A stretch of DNA of 64,000 bases from Paraspadella gotoi (taxonomy: Eukaryota > Animalia > Chaetognatha), in the NCBI GenBank assembly GCA_051294375.1, contig CM119265.1:27960665-28024664 (forward strand), given 5' to 3'. Position numbers and translations under genes: made by a program. This document shows, piece by piece, positions 23,475 through 37,829 of this stretch. Each line of letters starts with the position of its first letter. Position 1 is the stretch's first letter. Under the pieces are notes generated by a model. That model was not told the DNA's origin, searched no databases, and saw only the letters and a list, made by a program, of their open reading frames with translations.

Positions 23475-26400
23475 AATGGGACGAACAACGGATTAATTTG
23501 AAAGATTTGAAATACACACTGCGCCGATCAGTATGTACAAGTCAATCAAGTCGATGGAGAACACTGCGAAGTAATGTCCAACAGATGCAATTTAAGTGTG
23601 AATCCACAGAAGCAGCTGCCTTATTCGAACCATGGACTACGTTCCTTGGTTGTTACGATACCGAGGCTTGGCAGACCAGCCAGACGATGGTAAGATGAAA
23701 AGATAAACATATTATTTAAGCGAAAAGAAAAAAATGAACCTTTCGGCATCGTAGTCGTTGCATTCGTTTTTTGCATAAAACGTATTTCAGGAGAGTGGGA
23801 TAGGGCGGTCTCTAGGCCTCATCAAATCCAGGTTTTATTTTTTTTGTTTTTAGGCTTCCAAGTTTAATGTCAGAAGCAATTTATTTTCCAAGTATTAGAG
23901 GGTCTTTGGAAAACACACATCGGATGGATTTGGTGCGGTTAACAGTCTCTCTATAAAAAGTACCAAGGTTATGGCGATAATTTCTATTAATTTGGTATAC
24001 TCAGTCTGTAAAGTACGTAAAGTTAGATATAGGATTGTGGAATCTCTCTTAGTTAATTATTCTAATTAAGATACGTACCATTACGAGGGTTACCGTGATA
24101 ATCCGATTGACTATAACTGAGATTTGTTACATTACTTAAGCGATTTCTAGGTTTAACAAAGCGGTTTAATTAATACCTCAAACGAGACTCACCATTGTTT
24201 AAGGAACTTTACAACTGTTGCACACACCAATGGAACTACGGTTTTGGCGAATTTATAATTCAAACGGAAAGCGATAACGAGTCGATAACAATGGATATAA
24301 TAGTCAATTGTAAGTATTTGATAATTAATTTTTAAGCTGATAATTGTTTCCAATAACATACTCTATGGTTTATATAATTGAATGACTTCAAATGTTCAAA
24401 CCTGGCGAGCCCACTTTCTATCTCCTAGTTCTACCAAAAAGGCCGGCAACCACCCGATCCTTCTACTGCCATGCCCTACCGCCGGAAAGAGAGCGTCAGT
24501 CAACTCGTTGTACCAGGGTACAAGGATCAGGTAGGTCATTATTTGGATTTTCGGTACAATACTTAGAAGACTATTTATACATGTAGAAATTATTTTGATG
24601 GTTATAGGAGAAAAGATTCTTTATTGGATAATTTTCGGACATAAATAAATATTAAACTTAGTATAGTGGTCATTTAGGGTAACCTTTCTTAAAGTAAGGT
24701 AAAGTTTTTACATTAGAGTACATGGAATCACCTTGAAAAAAAAAGTGAACCAATTGGATTGACTAGTTATTGAACCGTAACAATAGCAACACAATAATAT
24801 TTTATAGAGTATTTGAAAATAAGTGTAATTAAATAAAATGTCCTTATCTTTAGTGAGAAAATATAATATTACTAGCTAACATCCACTAAACTCAGAGGTA
24901 TTAAAATGCTACTGACTCGAGACCATGAGTATCAAACATATTGTACAAATCCGTCTAAGAAGGGCCACACCATGTCAGTAACGCTGAATGCCCTACCTTG
25001 CAATTATTATAATTACACTAGACATAATAAAGTTGGGCAATAGGAAAGAATGGAGACATTCAAGGAACTGGTTAACACAAGCCAATTCGGGTAAGGACAA
25101 TAATTTTAATGGTAAGGCCACCTCTTTAACAGTTTAATCAAAAAAAAGACCATGACTTTGCCAAAAGATTTATATTTCTGACGATTTATAGTCAAAAGTC
25201 CTGCCCCAATATCCATAGCAGAGAGCAATAGCAGAGTCCTTTCACATCCTGTGATGACTGTTTATTCATGCTAAAATATTCAGTAAACAGAGCAAACTTT
25301 TATAATCCTAGAATAAATAAGATCCAAACCCTTTCTTAAGACCTCTGTATGTTTATGGGACTTTTGGATAAAAACTTAATTACGCTCAAACAAACCCCAC
25401 ACCGCCCTGCATACCTAGAAACCAAGAGTAGATAATTCTCAATAATCACCTCTATCAGCTTACGCCTGGTCGCAGGCGGCCCGAAAATAGTGACGAACTA
25501 GTTAATAGCGCTAGATGAAACTTGATCTGTAAATCGCCATCTAAGGTTGGAGAAGTACAAAACAAATCTTATAATGATTAACACTGAGAAGATTCCGTTC
25601 TCCCTAACCCGCTAACCCCTTGACTAAGATACATAGCTCTAACCGTTTTCTTCCGGTCCAATCCGGGTCCTTCTTTTGTGAGAACGCTAGAGCAGAATAC
25701 GGTCAGAGGCTGGTGCTGTAGAGATCGGTCCAGTGAACATAATGGTTCATGCGAACAGCGCAAGGGGCAATCGCGAATAAGGCGCGATGCGTTGTGGAGC
25801 CGCAAAGAGAAATGAAGATAAAAATTGGCCGAACACCCAAGCGGAAACAATTTGGGTATAACGTATGATTTATAGGGAAAATGCCTCTAATAGTGACTTA
25901 AGGACATCTGCCTCCGCAGAATATTAGAAATCGGGTGGACCGGGTAAAGGTAATCATTGGATTAATAATATTATACAATAACAATAGAAATGAGTGTGTG
26001 ATATGAATGTAAAACGGACGTGATGCCCATGTTGGATAGAGCATATTTATACAGTAGTTAAAGGTTAGATAAAGATAGTCATATAGATGTCAATATAAGA
26101 TGAGTTGGAGCGCGAGGCCAAGATAGAGATGAATGCGGTGGACGATAAGCGAATTCAAAATAGATTACCGTCGTGTAAACGGATCTACCGAGGAGGATGG
26201 ACATCAAAGGCCCAGCCCCTAAGAATTATTAGAGATGGATGGGTGAGAAACACAAACAAAACCTGATACAAGGCTCTATTTGAATGAGGTCTGCGGGTTT
26301 ATTGTGGGGCTTAGGTTATGGAAGGATGTCTTCTATAAAGAGAGGTAGAGGGAACGAGCTGGTTAACATCCCAGGCGAAGTGAGATAAGATTCGCAGAGT

Positions 26401-27300
26401 AATGCGAGAGAGTTGACAGTGCGCATGAAAAACGTCCCCGTCGGTGTTCGTCGACGAAACGGACAGCAAAGGAGGTGCGCGCTCTGCAGATGAGGCCGCC
26501 TTGGGTTCCCGAGCAAATAGTTCGGGTTTGAGCGCTCAGCCTATAAGCTAGATAAAGGGATAAAGACACGGAAAGCGAGGAAGGTGAGAGATTCGCCGAA
26601 GGGAATATACCATATTAGGATGGAACAAAAAATATTAGCACTCAGTTTTCCTCGAAACCGTCGGTCGTCCGTAGTTCTGTTCGGACCCTGGTCTGATGCT
26701 TCTCCGGGAAGCTGTTGAACGCGAGTCTTCATATAGACCAGGAACGCGCGGACCGCCACACAGCATGATCGACGGACAAACCCGACTAGGAATCCCCGAC
26801 GACAGTCTTACTCAGCTCTTATCGGTCATATGCGTTGACGACTTCATGGTTCAAACCGTTCGTACGACAAAGGATGAGAGGAAGAGAACGTCAGACAGAC
26901 ATGAAAGAGGTGCGGTGGAAGAAGAAGTCAAGAGTAGGTATTAAAGAAAAGAATGGGCTACTGAAGACCGAAGACAGAGTAGACTTAATAATGTCATCAG
27001 GGACTGAGAGAATGGGAAAAAGTAGACCGAAGAGAAATATGATAGATGTGAAGAATATGACAAAATAGGGAAAAGAAGAATTAAGAGATGTACTGGGCCA
27101 ATCACAAATAACACCGTCGAAGAGTCGCCCGCTAAAGAAAAAGAACGAAGGCGATGTAAAGAAAAAAAAGAAGACAGGGTATGAGAAGTAGACAATCAGC
27201 AATCTGAAGAAATGCGAGAGAATGAAATAAGAAGTATATGAGCGAAGAAATCTCCTTAAGTGATGAGTCTAGAGATAGAGAAAGGAAGAAAAACTAAATC
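23475..27300 (+). other. Third, heavily degraded copy of ~8237-11290, apparently continuing into ~18450-19000 (noisy read)
   Basis: 'ccttattcgaaccatggac...gaggcttggcagaccagccagacgatgg' matches 8368-8438; 25600-25960 resembles 10950-11250; 26720-26870 resembles 18450-18600. Confidence 0.7.
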
Positions 27301-28499
27301 AAAATAATCTGTGCATCGCTGCAGTTTCAGAGAGATAGAAGATTTTACAACTGAAGGCCGACTGGAAAAGTCTTATCTCAGATGGTATCGGAGCCTTTAG
27401 GTGCGACGGTTGCGAAGATGCTTGGTATGAAATACTAGACTCTTATCTCGCCACTGACCTCTACGACGTACACCCATCGGCGTAGTAGTGATATGAGAAA
27501 ATAAACTGAATTCTATATAAATCTCAGCGTACGAATCGACTCAGAGCATCTACTACTGTCTTAAACGACTATGCAGTAGTTAAGGTTCGAAGGAATGGAG
27601 TTTAATTATGGAATCGAAAAGACGAGCTCTGAGCAAATGATAATCAGCGGTATGATCAGTGTGATTCAACTCATGAGAGAAGGATATGATAATGTAGATT
27701 TACTGAAGACACAGAAGACCTGGCCACGAATGAGGGATCTAATTGTGTCCTACACGTCTCCCGTCAATTACAAACTATCGCCACTATGAAATGGATACTG
27801 GTCTGAGGACAGATCACTTCCAACAGCTGGGAACTAATGGTGCAAGCTCGCACATGGTACTTTGGACACAGTAAATTAAAAGCCCCCTTCCTCTGCAAGC
27901 AAAGAAAATCAGAAGAAGTGGACTATACATTTTCCTGTCTCACACCAACCATAGTCCACCACAAACCCACACTGTATGCGATCTGCTCGTACTACATGAG
28001 GCCGCTCACTACTAGCAGTCAAGAGGTCGCAACTGCCCGCCCTAAAATCTAACAGAAAAGGACAAAGACGACAAGATCGCCGGTCAGAAGAGTGATCCTG
28101 TATAGACAAATACCATCCTCAGATAAGCACATCTGAACCCGGTATTGCCTCAAGTGCACGCAAAGCGACAGCAGCTTACGAGAAAGTAGATGCGGAAATG
28201 TTGTTTAGAAGTGAATAGAAGAGAGAGAGGGAAATAGTGATCGAAACGTCTATATGGAGAACCATAAATGACTGCCAATTATGGAGGGACTTTACTCAGA
28301 GCGTACAGAGTGTAATTTGGGTATAGCGACAGAAGAGATCTCCAAAAGCCAAGGTTTGGAAGAGTGAAGCTAGAGCGCCGAGTCAAAAAAGGAGCGAGCA
28401 TTAAGAAAAGGAATACTCTGGAGGGTGTACATGAGAAAGCAGGCCATCGTAGTCGAATAAGGACAGAGGAAATTTGAAGCATACTCTAATTCCGAAGAT

Positions 28500-29450
28500 C
28501 GACGATTCATCAAAGAGCAACGAGACGACATAAAGAAGCACGAAAGAAAGATGGGCGATAGTAGAACATTATAGTAAGATGAAAGATGATAACTCAGTTG
28601 GACATAAAACATATGGCTGCCTCTAATTGCCGAATATCATCTAACTTCAAGCATACAACAAACAACATTTTACTTCTACATAGCCATCATGAGCCTCAGA
28701 CGGATCATATCTATACCAGTGGAACAATACGAAGCCCCATGAGCCAAAGTGCATCTGTTAATATAGAACATTCACATAGCCTGACTTCCAACAAGTAACT
28801 ATAACTGAACAGATGCAAACCTAAGCTACAACCTATTTGCAGGAAAGCTGGGCCACAACTGTGGAAATGATAATGACTACCAATGGAGGAGGATTATAAG
28901 CAGTAAACGTCCATGCAAAGCCATTCCATGGAATAGGAAGATCTTACAAAGATAGGCACAGACGATCAAAAGCTACAGATGATGGTAATAAAGAGTGTCG
29001 TAACGACCTCACCCTCGACAGACGAAAAATACAGCCGAAAGACGAATGTGGTTGAAGGGCATCGTTGAACTACTGCAAAGGATGCAGAGTATTTGATAAG
29101 ATGTAGGTCGCTACAGTGGAAGCGAAGAGTGCGTTCTTACCTGCCGATATATCGTAGACACTCAAGATATTGGGTTTAGCATATCTAGAACATACTCATT
29201 GCTCCAAAAGGAAAAGCATGGAAGCAGTGAGGTAAAGCTCAAAAACATCAAGACCCTAGAAAGAGCTCAGGCCAATGCTGGCCTCGCTCAACTACTACAG
29301 AATGTTTGATACTCACCGCTTCTCACTACATGGCCCAAACCGCCTACATGCACTGACCCTTCTTGGACAAAAAGGCACTTTCAAGGGACTCACCAGTAAA
29401 CCTGCAGATGCTACAGCAACTAGTCGTGAAGAAATTCAAGACCATCGCTG
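28500..29450 (+). pseudogene. Reverse transcriptase domain of the Gypsy element (reconstructed across frameshifts)
   Basis: IDI..FQQV (~28762-28798), ..LPMGG.. (~28875), S-Y-x-D-D-like agctac-a-gatgat (28971-28983), MLASLNYYRMF..LHALT (ORF 29275) resembling FLG..NYYR.FI..PL..LT. Confidence 0.7.
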
Positions 29451-29489
29451 GACGTAAACTCGCTAAATGATGCTCGGAATCAAAAATGG

Positions 29490-29720
29490 CACTATCGCAT
29501 TTATGCAGATGCAAGTACAAGCCGCACATGGGTGGCTGATCACCGCCACTGCAGATGGGCATTGAATACCCGCCTATTCTTTCCATGTGAAGTTTTCCAG
29601 AGGAGTACAGGCATCAAGCACATCAAATTCTGGAAACCCTAGTCCTTCAACATGATGGTTAGGAAATTCAAGCTACATTGCGGCAGGAAGTCACCCTGTC
29701 ACAGATTCTCAATTACTTGC
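29490..29720 (+). pseudogene. RNase H domain of the Gypsy element
   Basis: HYRIYADAST (29490-29519), G-IEYP, KFPEEYR.KHI..LETL (~29590-29641), VTL.TDSQ (~29690-29712): the D, E, D catalytic motifs. Confidence 0.75.
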
Positions 29721-30399
29721 AGAGAGTGATGGATCGTCCACGCATGAACAACAACAGCTAGCGATTCTCCCAACAAATGGCTCTCTAGTATTGTGATTAG
29801 TCTCGTCGGTTGAGATTACGTCCGATGTGTGGATGTTCTGTCTAGGATTCGATTCGGTAATTCATAAGTTGGTTTATGTTGTTAATCTCTTGTTGTCGCA
29901 TGTAGAGGGCCAGCGAAAACCTGATTTCACTGCTGCTGGAGATATCTACTTACTCAATCAGCTTATTGGTTTTTCACAGTACCGCAATGTCTCAGTCGAT
30001 CTCAACATCTCATAGTTACGAATGGATCTCTACTGTCTACTATGCTCTTTCTTGTCACCGGAGTTGTCGTATTGCTCAGCGATGGCCAATTGTAGGCAGG
30101 CTTACTGTCAGAAAAATCCTAGTAGTGGGAACCGCGTTATGAGTGCTCCAGATTCATCTTGCTGGTTACTGGCCAACGCTGATTTTACTGACTTAACGGG
30201 CCTCCCCACTCTGGCTCTAATGCGCAAACTCTCCAGGAAGGATGACCAAAGCACTGTCTTAGAGATTCAGAAATTAACTCTTCATGAATTTATTGCGGCA
30301 AAGTTTCCTTATTATCAAAACACCAATAGGACACGAACAATGAGACCCGACGAAACTCTTATGAAGGAAGTCTCAATATAATCGCAAAAATCTCCGATG

Positions 30400-30710
30400 C
30401 GCCGACATCCTTCAATTACTCATCGGTACGTAATATGGCGGCAAAGGGAGGCATGCGCAGCGCCTCGAGGCCATCCTGAGCTGGATCCATCTTGCACTCC
30501 ACTTGTGTAGATTTGTACATGGTAGTCAACAAATTTTGTCACTGATGGGGTGTCCGGCGCCGAATATGAGTCACGCTGGTGGAGCACCAGGTCTCCAACC
30601 TTGAATATTGACCGGATTCCATCACGAGGTGAAGTCGGCTCGAATGTTTGAAAGAAGTAATATTGGTGCCAAGATTGCATACAACATATCAAATGAAAAT
30701 CTTCAGAGCC
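30400..30710 (-). other. Inverted noisy copy of the integrase C-terminal region
   Basis: Minus-strand FKVGDLVLHQRD (ORF 30420-30713) matches + strand 32560-32610. Confidence 0.65.
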
Positions 30711-31559
30711 CAATTTGGTGGCAATTTGGAGGCCTCTAACTATTCAATGCTCTGTTGATTCCAAGCCTCTCGGTAGCATTTCGCCTCACTGCGCCATATC
30801 TGTCCGTAGCGATAAGATACGCAGTGAGGTAGCCCATCGTCAGGCGAACAATCTGAAAGAACGAGGGAAGTGCAGAATGAAGAACTCTGCCTGCTTTAAC
30901 GATGTTAGTCAAATACTCCACCATCGAACTGACGCTCTCCAGATGACTTCTCGTCACAAATCATCCAGGTGGAAACATTAACCCATAGCCCACCTTGGCC
31001 GCGCCCTGGTGGCAGCTATAAAAAAGTGCTGACGACTTGTACAGAATGTCAAGACATTCAGATCCAAAAATGGGCAGGAGGCGATGTCGATAGCACCCTG
31101 ATAAGCCGACATTGATGCAACGCTAGAAGGAATGAGATCATGTGAGGAAGTCTCTAGCGCCTCCCCCACCTAGGTCAGAGGATCCGAAGCGGAGTAAAGT
31201 TCCCATATGCGTTCAGAAATCAACCAGTGTTCTCTAGGCAAAATCGCGAAGATCGGAGACCTATCCATTCTGAGTGAACCTGGTATTGCTGCTGAAGCAA
31301 AGAGGCGACCGCGAAAGAGTAGTGCTGCAGTATCCAGGGCCAAAAAGAAAGCTGGAAGATATATGTAGAATAATGCAAAAAGAGAGAAACATGTATGACC
31401 GAGAGTGGTAACCTCTGTCCAAGCAGCAATTTGCCGACTCTCGATGTCCACCGAAAATGCATGCATCCTAATCATCAGAGTATAAAGCAGAGAACCTACA
31501 AGGATAATTCGGTGAGTCCCACCCTAAACCGCTGTCTGAACAGAACCACAACGCTGGAA

Positions 31560-32755
31560 TCTCCAAGCCATCTTTGGCGCACTCCAGGTAGAGATTAGGA
31601 CGGCCCGTTTATAAACAGCTCCAATAAACATCTCTGCTCCAGGAATTATCTAACCGTCTCGCAAGCAAAGTGCCGTCAGGCAATCATGTAGAAAACTGTG
31701 CAAAAATCAACTGATGGAGCAAACGATACGAATGTAAACCCCCGTCATAAGCGTGGGCCCAAAACCGTGGCAGTGGCGTGCCCTGAGGAAATGCCCTCAA
31801 TGCTTGACGTGAATGCATCTGCCCCCAGCATCCGGATTCCATTATGCACCTTGTATATGCATCTGGACTATTGCAGATCCTGCCTACTACCATGGGGCAA
31901 CTAACCGCTGAGCCTGATGCTGAGGTGCAGCATCAATTGTAAAAGCTCTCGATGAAAAAGCTTTTTCTACTAGCTGGGACTGGGGAACCTACTTGCAGAT
32001 CAACTTATAGGTGACTCAAGGTAGGTAGGCCCCATGTAGGGTAGGGAAAAACGGTTTTTTTTCATCGGATTGCCACGAGCAACAAGACCGCACATCTTCA
32101 AAAACATGATGGCCCGCGTGACAGCAATGACTTCTCATCGCTCAACCTGCTTAGACAGGTCGGTTAGACGTGTATTAGGGATAGATCGAAAAGATTAGTA
32201 ACAGAGGTGAAGAGACATGGGCAGAATCGACTAAAGCCGACTGCGCAAACAGGTGTAAAGGCCGTTGAAGATCAAACCAAATACGTGGCTGAACAGTTGC
32301 CACACCTAATGCTCTCTCCTTCAATTGCCACTCCCGATATGGATGGAAGACCAGACATGTCGCCACATTGAGATACAAATTCGGCCACAGACCCAGAATC
32401 ATCGAAAGTGCAGAATGATTACACAAGAGAGATCTCACTCGACTTTATTCGTCAGAGAGCTGAACAGACAGAGGAAAGCCCAAACAAAATAGTCTGGAAC
32501 AAAAGAAACAAGCTTATCGCCAATCAACCAGAACAAATCCTACAGACGACCACAAGGAAATCAAGGTTGGAAGACCTGGTGCTCACCAGCGCGTGACCTC
32601 ATCATAACAGGCGCCGCAGAACCACGGAAAATAAGGCAAACGGATTACTCTGGTCCCCACAGAAGTTATTGAAAAGAATGGAAAATCATACATCGTCTCT
32701 GTCGCTGGTAAAATATATGAGATATCATAGACGCCGCCCTAAAACTGCATACAGG
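31560..32755 (+). pseudogene. Integrase of the Gypsy element (HHCC, core, GPY/F module)
   Basis: H..PGRD.T...HVENC-like (31569-31710); LDV.HLPPASGFHYALV..DY (31800-31875); EQLPHLML (~32290); KVG.DLVL (32560-32585); YSGPH.VIEKNGKSYIV...HRRRLKLH (32646-32750). Confidence 0.75.
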
Positions 32756-35234
32756 CAAAGTGGCACTAAGCGGCAAACCGGCGCGTTCTTGATTTCTTCC
32801 ACTTAGTTCTGCTGTAGCATGCTGCAGGATGGTTTACTGTGAAGTGTGAGAAAGCTTTTGTAAGTCTCTATATAATTACCAAGCGTTCAGAGGGTAAGGT
32901 GCATGTAGGGTTGGGCCATCTAGGAGAAGCTCAATGACGGTGAGTAAAACTATTACTGTATAGGCATCAGATTTGAGTGCCCAAAACCAAAGACAATATT
33001 AGCCCTTGAGAGATATACATTGTGTGTGTCTGAGATGTTTGAGTTCTTCTACCGTCCACGCTTTCCAGCTTTTCCTATTTAGTAAGTGCTGAGTTTGTGC
33101 TACATAGATATGCATCACAAGCACCCACAATATATATATACAATATGAACAGTCACACTATTGAGACGCAAACAAGTCTGACACGCCGCTTCTTCGATAC
33201 CACCTGTACAAGGAACTACATTTTCATCTCTGACATATCCTTAATAGCCCAGTAGATCACGAGACGACCTATCAACAAACTGATGCTCTCTCTAATCGCA
33301 CTAATCGCATAATCTGCGCGAGGGCATGATATCGGCCGGACATCACCACTTGCTAGTCACCCAAGAGAGAGCTTTTCTGGATGTCTGGTGCCCAAATCCC
33401 TTTGAGAGAGAGATTCTCGATCTCAGAGGATGGCGCAGGGACGTGGTGTAACGCGCTATCACAGATTAACCCCCTCCCAATTGGTAGGCTTATTCATCCA
33501 CCAGTTTGCCCAGCTCCTGCAAAGGTTTGACTTGCTTTGATGATCTAGTAATTATTATATAAGTTAGACCTGTCGGGTGGGGGAGTTTGGAAACATGAGT
33601 AAAGGGAGGGGAGGGTGAAGGAAAAGGGGAGGGAGTGTGCCGGCGCAAGTAAAGGGGCTAGAATGGTCATAGAACAGAGCAACATCTGCCAGCTCTGGAA
33701 TGGGAAGCTCTTGTGAATTTTGCTTCTAGCCGAAAGTCACGTGAGATGGATCGTATCTGTCTTCGTGCGTATAGTGGCCGTAGAAATGATTAGTGCTCTC
33801 GAGTATTGACTGAATGAAAGGAGTACTCGCAAATGAGGCGCCATTGTGTTTGGCCAATAAAGTGTGTCATATCTCCATCTCATCTGGACCATTAGTGCTA
33901 TGTGTACTCAGAAGAACTATATGCATGAGTGGAATGGTGGCTCATTCTATAGTGAGTATGCTTATCTTGTCCTAGACACGATGCCTGCTTTACATACACT
34001 TCTCAGGTACCTTTTTAGAGATGCTGCCTTTTTGACGGGCCTGTGGTTACACCAAACCTGTGGACTGTGTGGGAGAGATACTTTCTTCTGTCGTAACGCG
34101 ATAGAAGTCCAACCTTGTAGTTGAGCAAAAGCCATTGCTTTAGCAACGTCATGTTGTATTGGTCTTCTCTTCCAAGTACGTCTCGATATTCTCCACACCA
34201 CGCATCCCATACCTAGTTGCTGCTCGTGCTGTCTTGCAGCCTACTCACTCATAAGTTATTTGAGATAGAATTTATGGAAAGCCGTCTCTCTGCTCCCCGT
34301 CGATGTGTGATCTGTGCTTGTGCTTGTGTTCTGTCTTATTGGCGCTTCCACGGCCTGCTCTTGGAGCTTCCTCCTCAGTGGGTTTGTCCCGATAGAGGAC
34401 TAATAATGGGTTTGCAGAATATTATCCTTTCTGATCGTTTCTCACGAAAGGGCTTCTTTCCCAGTCATGTCGCTTGAATAGGTCAACTTGGGAGTCTGTC
34501 TCAAGACCAAGTTCACTCTTGGCATCATTTGTAATGACGGGGCCTCCGTGCCAAGCCCCATGGGCCAGGTTCTGCATCAATCTCCACCCGTTCTCTGAGT
34601 ATCACAATAAGTCGCGCGATGTAATCTCTGAGCCCCGTCTCTTCGATTCCAGACCTCATCTTGACCCTTGCATGAGTGTTCCTTTCACTCTAGTATGGGT
34701 GTGGCTGCTGCATTAATTGTTTTAAACTTACAACTATATTTCCGCGTCCATCTGGGTGTGGATGAGTCAGGGTAGTCTGATTTTTCTCCAATCAACATTT
34801 CCATCGTAGTTCTAGAAGCCATCTTCGCACGCTTTTCATGGGGCTTCAGGTTTGTCCTGAAGAGTGTGCTGAGTCAATGGTCTGAATTTGTTTCCCATTG
34901 TGATTGCAAAACTTGGAAGGTCATTTCTTTGATTTGGAGTGATAGGTGGTACTTACCCACAGTGTTGCTCAGGCGGACCCGGTTTGTGATGGCAGGTACC
35001 AAAATATAAAATCTTGGTCAAATATTCATCATATCCGCAAGAACATAAAAAGACTCGTCCTGTGAGATAACACTTATGGTGAGAACAAATGATTCGCAGG
35101 TTGCATCGTCTTTTCTTAAGGGTCTGATGGTCCCTGTAGCTGCTAAGAGAGTCGCAAGTGATGTGGGCCGTGATAGAGGACCTTTGTCAGAACAGGCCCA
35201 TCTTTTTCTACAAAATTTATATACTTCGGCACTG

Positions 35235-35265
35235 GTTTATAGAGGCGGCCGGTGTCATAGAGGCA
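35235..35265 (-). pseudogene. Aspartic protease active-site motif of the Gypsy element
   Basis: Reverse complement tgc ctc tat gac acc ggc (c) gcc tct ata aac = CLYDTGASIN with one extra base; F.VL....D.IFG-like motif follows near 35000-35050. Confidence 0.7.
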
Positions 35266-37829
35266 GCTGCCGGCGCGCCATGCAATCACTGCTGCGGAAG
35301 TGGATTCAGACTATATTTGACCACAAGTTATTGTGTGTGCTTATTTGTGTCCATCTCTGGGCTCTGGCCCTCGGAGTCAAGATGATGTTGCTCACTGTCG
35401 GGAAGGCCTGGCAGTCTCCTCCTTTTCATCCTTTGTTAGTCCTCCTGGGCAGTCAGTGGCATAAGGAATGTTTCCGGACTGGTGGCATTCAAGCTCCACA
35501 CGCCTTATGGTTGCCTGGGTTGAAGCGACTCGGCCTGTTTGTTCCCCTGCTATGATACAGTATAGGTTGCGTTGTTAATCTTCCTATGGGGCGAAGTTTC
35601 CTCAGGCCTAGCCGTCTCCACGTAACTGATTGGGTTAGGCCTGTTAGTCTGACTTTGTTGGCATGATACCAAAGGTCTTTAGAAGGGTTGGGCCAACTGG
35701 ATTGGCTGTGTGAAGTCTGATCCCAGTCTCAGAGCGGATTGTTGTGCTCTCTGTAGGCCCTTCTAACAGCTTGGCACAGGCTTTTTGATCTTGTAAGGAT
35801 GGCCCCTTGTTCCCATGGCTTAGTCTGGCTCCATTCTTGTCCAAGGCACCCAGCTTAACTTAAAGGCACAGTTGAATATTTTTGGGCAAGGGCAAGTTCA
35901 TGGGCTTTTTTAGAGGTTTAAATAGTTTTTTGAACATTCTCGAGGCAGTAGATTTACTCTGAGTTATGTTTGCTGTTTCAGCAAGAATTCTTAACTTTGT
36001 CTCTGTTGTCAATTGTCAACATTTTTGGTGTTCGTTTTCCATATTTTCTTCCTAAAGTTTGATAAGTCTCCTGTAGTTCAATGTTGACTGAGTTATTTTG
36101 TTATTTATAATTTTAGTGGCGGAGGTTACGGTCTGTTACAGCAGATAGTTTTTATTTTGAATATTATATTTTATCTTCAGAGTCAAAATAAACCTTATTG
36201 CTTACGATCAAATCCACCGATGTTGCGCCTTAGTACCAAACATGGGGCTTCTCTTCACCCTTTTTTTCTTTTTGTGATGTGTTTTTTTTCACCTTTTGCT
36301 TCGGTGCTGTAGCTTTCATTGGATTTCTTTGTTTTTGTACTGCCCTAATATCCTGAACAGGCCGTTCTCGCCGTTTCTTGTGGTTGTATTTGGATGGCGC
36401 AATTGCCCGTGTGACAAATTATTTAAGTTCCATTAAGAATCTTCTATTCCATGTTTTTTGCAAGTTTTGGAACATAGCAGCACACTGGATGAGAAGGCCA
36501 TGGCGCTTGTGAGGTTGGATCCTGAATCAGCACTATTCTTCATTGCTGCATCAGCGGTGTTTATTGGTTTTTCCTGGCTTGTCCTCAGCCTCTGCAACTC
36601 TTCTGATGTGGTTGTTGAGCTTTCTTGCAGCGTAACCCCGCGAGTGGGTTGTTTACTCAATACTCTGCCAAGTTGTCTTGGAGCTCCCCTTTCTCAGCAT
36701 GCTGTGTCCATTCAGGGTTTCTGATGTTATTCCCTGGACATTAGGGCTCAGTGGCGTTCGTAAAAGAAACAAGCATTTTGGGCCACATCTAATCAGGGAC
36801 TGAGGCTCTGTCCTTTTCTCTAACAGTCTCAAAATTTTCCCTGGCAGCATTGGACAAGGGCAATAGCCATACTTTGGGCGTGCACATGAGGTTGACTTCT
36901 CGAGATTTTGCTCAGCCAAGAGCCTCAGTATGCTGTACGAAGGATCCTTCAAGGAGTGTGCAGAGTCCCACCATCTGGATTGGTCGATGGAGATTACAAT
37001 CTGCTGGCGACTTTGTCACGTGCAAGTAGGCGCGCTAGTTGTTGATCAATTTCAGCTGGCGGGAGGGGCAGAATCCTTTGAAAGCCTTCGGTAAAACCTT
37101 TCTTAAAAAAATCTTCTGCGAGATTCCAGAGCCTTCTTTTTTTCTAATTTGAATTGGCGTGTATGAAAACAGAGTTTAACATAGCTTTTCACTCATTATC
37201 ATTCTCCGACGGCTTTCTTTCTTGTGAACCGGAAAGCTCTTTTTGCTCATGTGGCGAGCATCTGTCTTTGTGTTCCCCATGGGCGTCAGCTCACTTGCGA
37301 TTTTTGGGCCTGCTTGGTGAATGATTTTGTTTCGTTATACTTGATTTTGATTCATCATGATTTGCATCTTATGCTTTGAAGATTCGTCCATTTTGGAGCC
37401 AAATTTTACTTTTGGCTTTCTCTTGACCTTATTGATCCCTAGGATGGTCGAGTTCTTGTTGTTTGTTGTGTATACATCATTAAATGATCTTTAAGATTTG
37501 GCTCGGCATGCTTTGATTTCTGCCTGCGTTCATTGTTCCAATTGGCCAGTGATCAAGTAAAGTTTCCATCCAGTTTCTAAAAGTGTTGGAACTCCACTTC
37601 TGCTTGGACACTGCTACCGTCTTCTGTGCTGGCGGCGCCCATGGCGGCGCCATATGGACCCCTTCTTTTTCCATTTCGAAAAGTTGAGGTTCCATCCTGG
37701 TTTGGCTAGCGGGATGGCCGGAGGCAGAGGTAGGTTGTCCATTCTTCCTTGGGGTGGAATCTCATCCGTCGCTTAGCGTTTGTGGTAAGGCTTGATTTTT
37801 CTTGAGACTCGTCGTGAAGTCGATGTCCA

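Larger units (their letters stand above)
27350..32760 (+). mobile_element. Ty3/Gypsy pol region (RT-RNase H-integrase), frameshifted by read noise
   Basis: Motifs in Gypsy order, read across indels; 27350-29450 is an inverted copy of ~32780-34860. Confidence 0.8.
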
